DNA of 64,000 bases from Bigelowiella natans CCMP2755 (taxonomy: Eukaryota; Protista; Cercozoa). Positions 53,354-64,000 of the stretch are shown piece after piece (positions within the stretch are counted from its first letter, which is position 1; each line of letters begins with the position of its first letter). The DNA lies in the NCBI GenBank assembly GCA_000320545.1, contig ADNK01000824.1, positions 65,714-129,713 of the forward strand, given 5' to 3'. The notes beneath the pieces are model-generated. The model had not been told where the DNA came from. It made no database searches and worked only from the letters and a program-made list of their open reading frames with translations. The translations under genes and the position numbers were made by a program.

Positions 53354-54086
53354 GACTAACGAATTGGGAACAAATCAAGAACGAGGAGCCAGGCAGGGTC
53401 GGAGGTAAATCTTCGGATGCTGAACCGATTTCCCGAGATTTCCCTTCTCGATTTCATGTCGCAGGAGCAAAAACCTATGCATATTTTCCAATGCTGATCG
53501 TTCCGACCGCCATGATTCCGCGAAATCCAGGACGAAAACAAGTTGAGCCAACGATGCAACCGCTAATTTCCTAGATTTCCTCGATTTGCATGCGCATTAT
53601 TTTTCACAAGTGAAGAGAACAGATCTGATAATCTCTAGAGAGTCTCGGTGCAGTCAGGAGCATGCCTCGGAAAGCCCTCCTGTAACGACCTGTAACGCTC
53701 TTCATTCCGAGACTCAAAGCTGAAATCCCGATGCGGTTTCTCATTCGAGCAGCAAGCTACATGTATCGTGGAGAGCGCCGGCGATGTCCCACAGCGACAT
53801 GTCCTCGCAGAGTTTCCGTTTGTTTTTTTCGCACTTTTCCAGAGCTCTTCCGCTTACATGTTCTACTGTTCTCTTGGTTTTAGAAGCTGTAGTCGCAATT
53901 TGATAAATGTTCCGTGGAGAATCCGTGCATCGAGTTATCAATTTCAGCACCCAAATTGACTACTTTCCGTTAGATTCGCTTGCAGTACGAACAAGATTGC
54001 CTGTATTTACGTAGAATCTACTTGTAGTGCGCTCACACTCGCCACAACAGATCCACTCCCTCGTTTATCTGCAACAACAACTTAAA

Positions 54087-55396
54087 ATGGGTTGCGGCGC
54101 AAGCAAAGTTCCAAATCCACACGGCAAGCATCCCAAAAAGGATGATGGATCGGAAAAGAAACCCAACAGGAAGCGCTACTTGAGACTTACCTATCGCTCC
54201 ATGGTTGAATCAACACTGCTCCGTGCGAGCTACTGTTCCTTGCCTTATTAGACAGCTTGTTCGTCAATAATACGTCTTTTGTTCTTCGTCCTCTTAGCTC
54301 CGTCGTAACGTTGGAATAGACGATATCATCCGCAAAGCGAACATGAAGAACGATAGGCTTGATATTGCTGGAGCCCTCTGGTACTCGATACTTCACGAGA
54401 GGATAAAGAGAATCCATTACACAAAAATATACATAACCTATACGCTAGATTTCTTGGGCATTGATTCGCTCCCCCACACAACCACGTCTATTGACGATGT
54501 GGTGCCTGTCCAATAGGTACAATGAGGAGGAAAACTCGGTTCGACAAATTCTGGAGGGCGAGCGAGATGCCGTGCGGAAGCTCTTCAACAGTAATGTTAA
54601 CCTCCACAAACACTGACTCGCACATTATGCACACAAGATCTACAAGAGAACTGCATCCACTGATACTTGGGAATTATAAACCACATGCATGAATGTTATC
54701 GTGTAAGCCATTTGCATGATAGTTGCGCAACACGTGCTCACGGCCTGTGTGTCCTTTGCTTTGAATGTTCAGCCATCTCTAAAGATCCAAGGCACTACGA
54801 TATCGTTGTCGAAATTGAAGAGTAAGTAACCCGAGCAAGTCCGTTTGATCATCATTATCACTATCGTCACCGCCACCATCATCAACACAATTTGATGGAG
54901 AGGTATTTACTCCACCCCCCATTAGGTATCCGTTGCGCCGGGCATATAAGAAGTGGGGGGGCATGGCCTTTTCAGAGTCACCGGACTTTAATGATAAAAA
55001 CAAGACTCTGGGTGCTGATTTGTGCAAAGTCACCGCCCAGTAAGTTGGTGGATGCCGTTGTCACTTTACTGCAATTCCAAACTACTTATATGGGTTGCTT
55101 ATTCTCTATCTCCCTCTCTCTGCGCGTCTAGGTGTATGTGTGTATGTGTGTGTGTGTGTGTGTGTCCCACCGTTCAACACTTGAATTGCTGTATTGCTCT
55201 GTATTGCATAGGTACAAGGTGTCTCCGAAACAGCTCAAGGAATACCTGGACAATGTACTGGATGACGAGGACTATATCGATATTGGCAGGGTCTTTTACT
55301 GCCGCAATGAAGTAAGAAGTACGCATGTATTTATTTCTCATGTCGATGCATAGTCGTAATGAATACATGGGTTTGGTTAACAATAATCAAATATAA

Positions 55397-55463
<67 letters not shown>

Positions 55464-56141
55464 GTGTGTACGTGATGCTGCCACAAGTATGCTTCTTCGC
55501 TACTACTACTACTACTACTATTGCTACTGCTACTACTGCTGCTGCTGCTGCTGCTGCTGGTGGTGGTGGTTCTACTTCTGATTTGTGTGCTTTGGACAAC
55601 ATCTTTATTATAAGACTGGAGAGGTTTTGGAGCGTCTCGAAGGGGATCGTGCAACTGTCGAGTAATAAGGAACATCCCATTGGCGTTTTTACCGTTTTTA
55701 TCGTCGTTGTTGCAAAATATGGAAACTAGTCGAATAGTTTGGTGATCTGTGGAAAGGCATCTTTGATTTTTCCTTCCCCCTCTTCCTCATCAATGGGAAA
55801 GCAGTGGTGAAATTAATGTGGGGTGGGCTCGGGGAGAGACTGCTGCTTTATGAAATCTGTAGCTCGTGAAGCTAGGTCGTCACTAGCTCTGCGATTAGCC
55901 AGTCCAGGGAACCAAAACCCTCGACGTAGTTCCGCTCTATCCAAATGCATAGCTTGGGGAATTCAGTGTTGTAATTGTTTTGAAGGTATTTGTTGCGTAC
56001 GTATGAGACTGATCACTGGATTAAAAAACCAAGCTGGGGTGAATTCGAACAGGTGTGAAATCACTTATTTGCTTATCATATCTTTGAGCGCGCGTGAGCA
56101 TACACAAACACACGCGCGCGCGCGCGCGCACGTACGCTTAG

Positions 56142-56188
<47 letters not shown>

Positions 56189-57204
56189 GACGTACAAATA
56201 CTAACTGAAATGGTGTTACAAGCTCTGGCCTTCCTCCTCCTTTTCCTTGCGATTGTGTGTACTGAACAGGTCCAGAAAAGAGACTTCCACGTTTTCTCCA
56301 CAAAGGATATTGCTCGTTTCGCCTCCTCCGACGACAGTGTAAAGCGAATTAAGGTACATTGGTCAGCTTAACAGAAAAGACAACACAGCAGCTCTTTCTC
56401 TTCTCCCCCCCCCACCCCCCCTCTCTCTAATGGAAATATGTTCTTGCCCACTCCAAGCCCCTGTAATTCATCGCAACTTTCAATGTGTTTCCCCCTGGTG
56501 TTCTCCGCTTCTACTGATAGTTCAATGTAGGGTACGCTCACAAGTTCCAGGCGTCTATGTACAATGGCTTTGACATTGCGACAGGAGCTATTCAGGCGGT
56601 AGTTGTAGTAGTAATAGATATTCGCGTACATGCGAGTGTGTGTGTGTGTGTGTGTGCTGTGTATGTGTGGCTTCCTGCTCTTACAGGCCTCTGCCTTCAC
56701 TAGGTCGTTATGTTCCGAGAAGTAACGTCGGCGAAACATGTGGTTGATTCGACTGGTTCTGAGACAGACCTAACCCTCTTTCAGCTCGAAGAGGCGGTAT
56801 GCATTTATGTAATATCATTATTTGTTCCCCACCGTGCTGCTACTGCTGCTGCTGCTGCTGTGCTCTGAGTGTCGTCAGATTGTCACCCTGAAAAGATATA
56901 TGAGGATGGACGAGCGCTTACATAACCGAGCTATGTGTATTACTCGTATACGGATGCGATCATGCAGGAATACACACATACGCACGCACATACTCGCGCG
57001 CACATTCGTATCTGTTTATGATACGCCTCATCAACGTTTCGTCTCCGTCGTCTCTGTCATTATGCGAATAATGCTGCATGTAGTGCCTGAACTCCATCCG
57101 GGCAACCCCTCAAGTCAACAATACTGCGGATAGTAAGAGGCAGCTTACCAGCGAGGTGGATACTTACTTACCGCTGCGGCCTGTATTCCTACTCTGCAAT
57201 TTAA

Positions 57205-57240
<36 letters not shown>

Positions 57241-57253
57241 TAAAAAAAAAAAC

Positions 57254-57295
<42 letters not shown>

Positions 57296-57511
57296 CTAAA
57301 TAAATTATATTGATGATATCGATGTAAATATAATTCTTGCAATAACTTGCTATCAGTAATATTACTACTCATCCCCCTCCTTCTGGCTTTACATTAGGCT
57401 TCCAAGAAGATGATCAAGGAGATTCCGGGAATTACGCTAGACTACGTAACACTGCTGTGCTTTTCCTTTTCCGTATCTTTTCCTTCTCTCCTCTCTTTCT
57501 TCCTCTCCCCC

Positions 57512-57551
<40 letters not shown>

Positions 57552-57587
57552 ATTTGCTCATTTACATTATAGGTACAAACAATAAAA

Positions 57588-57640
<53 letters not shown>

Positions 57641-58859
57641 GTGTGTGTGACGATAAAATGATGAGAGACCAATAGAACGTCCGATTTGGCCTTTTTGCGA
57701 TTGCAGTGAAGGATAATTGTACAGCATGCAAGCGAGGGCGCAAAACTAAATTAAACGCATATTATCTACTCACACAAAAACGTCAAACAGACTGTCATGC
57801 ACCCTCCTCTCGGATTTACTGTGCGAAGAAACAAGATCTTTCAAGACGCCAAACAGGATGGTGATGAAAAGGTACTACTACCTCGACAACCGCTTCCTCC
57901 TGCATTTATCGTATATCGCTGCTGTAGAAGGAAGAGTGATAGGACATGGTTTATGTCTCTATATATCAACATCACTATTAAGTGACATATGCATGCTTTC
58001 ATTGTGCAGACTGTGAAGATTCCGAAAGCGATAGTGATCCCAACCTCGAATACCGGTTAACCTCCTATGATGCCTGTTACATATATACTGAATTATATAT
58101 GTTCGCGTGTGCGTGCAGCATGTATAGTGGCGATCAGATATTTTCCACGCTGTACTTTCCGGACAGCCATCGATGCCTTTGTTCCGTGTTGTGCATCTCT
58201 CTGAATGGGAGAAAGGAAGAAATGGGTTGGGGGGGTCACGGAAGTGGGAAAATGCTAGCCGAATACAACTCGCATCAATACATAACATATTCTACTGGCT
58301 CGCACTCAGAAATACGCAAACTCGTTGAGGGCAAGCAGTGCTCCCTCATCTGTATCAACGACGTCAATGTGGCTTACGAGACCTCAGCAAATATTTCAAA
58401 GGTCTCGATCACTACAATACGCACACATTTAGGACAGTATGCGTAACCGATGTGACATTCCTCGTTCGCTGCAAATACTTATCCACTGCTGCTGCAACAG
58501 TCGCGGTAGCGATTGCATCATGAAGCTTACTTTCTAGCTTTGAGAAAATGCATCTGTCCATCATCATCGTGGTTAACTGCAGCATTGCTTTGCCAACTGT
58601 AGATGCTTCGGAAGGCCTGCGAGAAGTTTCCTGTGCATCTCAAGATCAATCTCAGGTCGCATCTTTTGAAGATATCATGTCACGTGTGATAAGTACAGGT
58701 TTTGGCTGTGGAATAATAATTACAATGACACTGAGGGTTGCGGCTATTGAGTGTTAATGATATTATCGTCAAGGAATCTGTGTGAGATTCTTACGTATCT
58801 CCATAAGTAATTTGTTGTTTAACAGAAAGGAGGAGTCAAAAGCCGAGGTGAAGAAATAA
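54087..58859 (+). CDS. Hypothetical N-myristoylated/palmitoylated protein with a C-terminal PDZ-like domain
   Basis: Starts MGCGASK (dual-acylation motif). Many short exons; PPLGFTVR and LICINDVNVAYETSANISKMLRKACEKFPVHLKI resemble PDZ elements. Last exon KEESKAEVKK*. Confidence 0.6.
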
Positions 58860-59710
58860 CTTATCTGAGTGTCACCTTCAAAGAAATTTCTCATCGTGGC
58901 CAACGTTGAAACAAAAGACGGCATGTCTGCAGCAGAGAATCGGAGAGTCTAATGATTCGCGTCCTCATGGATATCTAGAAGGCTGCAAGCGTTTACTGAA
59001 CATTTTAGAATTCTTCTTCTGTTCTATCTCCTAGCTTGCGACGATTCATCCAATCTGTTTAGTTTCTTCGTTGTAGTTTTGCAAATTAATCATGTGTCCA
59101 CTTCCATCCTCTTCACTATGTCCTGTAACAAAACGCATTGTTGTATGACATGCATTAACAGCAATGGTTGCTATATATCAAGCGAGTAGCGGCGTGATAT
59201 TAGCTAGATAGCTAGGACATAAATAGCCTATACGCAAGGTGATCGTATTGGCCGTGTTCCCTTGCGCTTTAATCATTTAGTTATTTAATATGATGTAGAA
59301 TTAATAGCTGGCACCACCATGATATATGGCATGCGCAATTCGAGACGGAGGCAATGGCAAATAATACATTATTACTTTTTATTAACAATCGCTCTTGAGC
59401 ATCTATGCGCACTATTCATTGTCCTGTATCATTTGCAGAAGATATCCGAAATAATGTACGATATAGGTACCATACGTTTTGCGCCGTACAACTACTGCCA
59501 AATAATACGCAGCGCAATAATGATTCACGATAGTTAATGTGGTGGAAGAAAATTGCTACATCACCAAACCAAATTTGGGAATTTAACACATTTATTATCG
59601 ACGTGCATGTTGATCATTTGCCAATGTACTGACAACGAGCCAATTTGCATTCTTGAAGCAGCTCTGATCTGGAGCTCCCCGAGTGCACTCTATGCAGTCT
59701 GGTATGGCAT

Positions 59711-60224
59711 CTAGAAGTAACCGAATCTCGACGCTTGCAACATCAGTACTATAGTGAGCGTGGTGAGGCCTACCACCATCACCCAAAAATACAGATATCC
59801 ATTCTTCCATAGTAACTCCGGCATTGCGGGGGTACCGTCTCTCTGCGAACAATAAAAGTGTCAAAGACGGACGGAGGAGGAGGGTCAGGGGCACATATAT
59901 CCGTAGCGCCTCAAGCTACAGGGTGGAACGGAAGGCTTTCGAACGTGTAAATAATAACGACGATAACAACATCAGCAACAACAAGGAAGCCCCCCCCTCT
60001 CCATCATCCGACTACTCCACAAATTGACATCATTCGTTGGGGAGGGAGGAAAACACCGTTTGGAAGTTCATTCCGTAGAGCCCAGTGAGAAATTGGGCAG
60101 GGACAAAGATCGTCGTGACCACAGTGAGGAGATATAGCGTGTTGTTCATTCTATCATCCAGCTTGCTGTTGGTTGGTGATGAGCAAGATGTTGGGAAAGT
60201 TGTTTCATTCATACGACCACACAT

Positions 60225-60259
<35 letters not shown>

Positions 60260-61188
60260 AACACACACATTCACTCAAACGCACATCACTAAATACGAAT
60301 TCTGATTCTACTACTACTACTACTACTTCTACTTCTACTTCTACGACCACAAGAGCAACAATGACAACAATAACAACAAACCACACACTTTCTATTCTCA
60401 ACGACGAGGTTTTCATATTGGATGATGTATTCTCTGCAGTCATCCATGACTTGTTCCAGAGAGTCCTGATATATCCCATGTTCACCGCATACCACCACCA
60501 ACGATTATGATACTGACTTTATAGCTTCTCTCTGTTTTCCTGTCTTCTTCTTCCTCTTCTTCTTCCTCGTCTACTTCTACAACGACCTCCACATCTTCTA
60601 TATATTCACGGCCGCAATGATCTAAGATCTTGAGCTCTTCTTTCACCTTTCCAAGAAGATATATAAGATTTTTTAGCTGCATGCAGCTGTTGCATTGGTT
60701 GGTGCGTGTGTATCACTACTCTCTCCCTCTTTCAGGGCTATGGGCGCATCATATCAATCGGCCTAGTCTCTTCTCTCTCCGGAAGAGAGATATGGCAAGG
60801 ATTGATCCATAACTCTACACCGCTCACTCTTCTCTCATCATCCACCAACCCCCCCCCCCCCTCTCCTTAGCTACTTCTCCTCACGGGCTTTGCAGCAGTA
60901 CCCTGTCCACAACTTTCTTCATCGGTTTCAAGATTGCCAGAAATCTCTGAAGCGTCCTGTTGTCGGGTGAATAGGTGAGCACCATCTCCCCAATGATGAT
61001 ACTACTGCTACTACTACTCTTTCTCTCCTCTAACCTCTCGCATCAGAATCGATAATGCAGGATAACAAACATGCTACAAGCACTCCCAACGGGTATACAA
61101 CATTACGCGCGTGCATGTGTCTGTGTATTAATGGAAACCTTTTGTCGTTGAATATGGTCGTGAGCTGTTCCTTATAGAGATATTTCTG

Positions 61189-61261
<73 letters not shown>

Positions 61262-61719
61262 CGCTATCATATTGCTCGCGCGCCATGGCGGTTATAATAA
61301 TGATAAGGAATGAAAAGACTCTCGTAGTATAACTCACGATGAAAGGAGCGCCATGTTATGAATGGCACGACCAAAGGCCAACAATTTAGTCACGAGAGAG
61401 AAGTGGAAAACCCCATCGCAAAAGTCACTTATCGGCATCGACGAGCCTCATTATTATCATTATTACTATTATTGCGCCTGGCTTTATTTTTACCTCTTGA
61501 TTTATGTATTCCTGCAAGCACTGCATGCGGCGTCCGTAGCTAATGGACAAGTCCTTAAAACAGACCAAACAGGTTCATTTCAGTCGCTGCTGAATGTAAT
61601 TGAGAACACACTGCTCTTTTGGATCGTTGCTGCCGCTGTGTCTGCATTTCCCTGCCCAAGCATTGCTGCATCTTTGCACGAGGTTGAACCGTCATTAATG
61701 CGGCCAGAAGAGATGTCTT

Positions 61720-61753
<34 letters not shown>

Positions 61754-61930
61754 GCTGCTACTACTACACTGCTACTACTATTGCTACTACTACTACTACT
61801 ACTACTGCTGCTGCTGCTGTTACCTTATACATCCCAACTGCCCATAGTAAGATTAAGAGGAAAAGATGAAAAGCGTCTCCCTGATAAGAGGACAACACAC
61901 GTATTAGCCAGGCCATACATATACACGCAA

Positions 61931-61970
<40 letters not shown>

Positions 61971-62126
61971 GGGAGGAGGAGAACCGCTTTCAGCGTTATA
62001 AAAAGAAGGCTATCTACACAACCACGACCGACTCTCAAGGACTCTTTCGAGAACCATAACAAATCACTACTAAAAGCTATAAACAGTCCGCTATTTAGCT
62101 GTAGCTCTAAATACCCCAATGAAGGG

Positions 62127-62165
<39 letters not shown>

Positions 62166-62591
62166 CATATAGACACATGCGCCTGTTTGGTTAAGCACCT
62201 CTCTCACTTTGGATCTTGGAAGCAGTAGAGACCGAAATGTGCTATCAACGTTCATACGTCTTGGCGTCCTTGCAGCCGTTTGAGGGTGCAAGAAGCCCTG
62301 TGCGTCAGGCAAGCGACAATGGGAGGAGAGGGGGGGGGGGGGGGGGGATGAGGAAGGAATTCAGATATTATAAATTACTTCGTGTTTGTTGAAAATAACG
62401 TAGCATTTCAATAAGGGAAAAGCTTTCGATGACTATACTACGAGACAGCTTATCGATGCTTGAGTTTATCAAACCAACCGCCCATGTGCTTGTTGATCTT
62501 CACGTCGATGAATTGCCAGTGCGCGCGCTACAAACAACTGACCTGCAGAGACCGCATCGCGAAGCAAATAGGAGAGCTGTTCGTGGTTGTG

Positions 62592-62633
<42 letters not shown>

Positions 62634-64000
62634 TATTTATATTTATGTGTGTGTGTGTGTGTGTGCGACGAAGAAGAAGGATGACTGATGGTATCGACTA
62701 AGTCTATAAAGAGCCCCATGATCATTCAGGCCATTACTTGCATGCCTCAGGCTGCTTGATTACGACTAACACTACTACTATAACTACTACTATCTACTAC
62801 TCACTTATCCTCCTTGTCTTTGCTGCTACTTTTCTCCTCATCTTCAAGCTTGCTGTTTGGTCTCTGTGTCTGATAATCGCTGGGCCGCCGACGATTCCTA
62901 GCGGGGGTGAAAGCATTATTTGTCCTCTGGGGCACATGCGCTCCTCCTCCTCCTCCTCCTCCTCCTCCTCCTCCTCCTGGCGGGGCCGATGGTGTGCATG
63001 CTGACGGTGTTTGTATGAGGTTTTCCCACTCCGATTCAACCGAAATCAATGTGTTCATCTTCGGTTTTCCTTTGGTAGAAGAAGAAGAAGAAGAAGAAGA
63101 AGAAGAAGAAGAAAAGAAGAAAGGGGATCATGGATATCAGAGCGTTGCGACCGGTCAAAAAGGGAGGAAAGGGACTGTAGCAGAAACGCATCTTAGCAAA
63201 AAGGCCAAGAGAAATGCCCAGGAAGAAGAAAGGAATATGAAAAATCATCATCATCATCATCATTATTATCATCATCATTGTGATCCTGTGCATCCTTCAT
63301 AGATCGCTTGAATGCTGTGGTGATTTCGTGTGTGCAAGATGGTGGCATCATTTGTGTACTCTCCACTTGATGGCGTCGTCTAAATACGTCACACTACTAC
63401 CACCACCACCACCACTACTAATACTACTACTACTAATACACAGCCACTACTACCTGCCATTGAAACGCACACTGCTCCGACTTCCCACGATAAAGGCGGT
63501 AGATAGAGCCTTCCTAATGACGAATCACATCATTTCCATTCCATATATAAACTTGTAATTCGTATGGTATATGATAGAGGCAACTGGTCATGGTGGAGAG
63601 GGGAAATGGCGACGAATCCTCGACGTGATCGGGGATAAACAAAAATAGAAAACGGAAGTTTTTCGATAGCTTTCCTCCTCCTCCTCCTCCTCCTCCTTGA
63701 TGTTATAAAGAAACCTTCATCCCCATCAATAGCGTATACATAATCGTATACTACTGCTGCTACTGCTGGTGGTGGTGGTGCTGGTGGTGCTGCCGTAAAC
63801 ATACCACAATGTGCTCGCTCAGCAGTTGATTCACCATTATTTCTAAAGCTGTCCGCATGGAATTTGTCATCAATGGCTTCGCTTTCCTAAGACATCAGTA
63901 ACCACAGTTTATACAACTATGGCGATTCTTTTCATCTTATCGTTAGTAATCCCCACCACCGCTCTCCTCTTTTCTTTTTCTCCAAAATTCTCCCCCCCCC
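59711..64000 (-). CDS. corA: CorA/MIT family Mg2+ (divalent cation) transporter; 5' end outside the window
   Basis: DDRMNNTLYLLTVVTTIFVPAQFLTGLYGMNF (GMN signature), then RDGTPAMPELLWKNGYLYFWVMVVGLTTLTIVLML (MPEL loop + TM2); TAG at 59711-59713. Upstream exons continue to at least ~63890. Confidence 0.9.

Noticed and set aside
1-64000. tRNA, rRNA, CRISPR arrays, transposase/RT ORFs, telomeric arrays, U12-type introns
   Set aside because: None recognised by eye. Only isolated TTAGGG hexamers occur, and the RTATCCTT matches are coding or not at intron starts.

Overview
Eukaryotic nuclear DNA: intron-rich, GT-AG introns, many filled with microsatellites. It is most likely from a chlorarachniophyte alga (Rhizaria), inferred from a plastid ribosomal protein L1 whose signal-peptide + transit-peptide leader lacks the ASAFAP motif of red-lineage plastids. 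Manual splicing gives 17 protein-coding genes in order: hypothetical (-, runs off the left edge), TOM1/GPR137-like (+), SNF1/CAMK-type kinase with a KA1-like tail (-), beta-lactamase-family serine hydrolase (+), intronless DUF4166-DCC1 fusion (-), LSM10 (+), plastid rpl1 (-), mitochondrial-type rpl36 (+), Clu-domain/LRR protein (-), LSM11 (+), VDAC-type porin (-), CK2 beta (+), two hypotheticals (-,+), membrane-anchored aspartic protease (-), acylated PDZ-like protein (+) and CorA (-, runs off the right edge). Three signals stand out. (1) A head-to-head pair, VDAC porin and CK2 beta, both carry a hydrophobic leader followed by a ubiquitin-C-terminus-like (R)LRGG motif. This suggests endosymbiont-compartment targeting with DUB-type processing, and a porin redeployed away from mitochondria. 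(2) Gene orientation alternates perfectly, and each of the 8 tail-to-tail gaps holds a distinctive spacer rich in short palindromes (CTAG/CATG/TGCA/GTAC). (3) Both U7 snRNP-specific Sm proteins (LSM10, LSM11) lie about 14 kb apart. Most ORFs in the supplied track are microsatellite or antisense artefacts. All exon boundaries were read by eye, and family calls come from motif recognition, not database searches.
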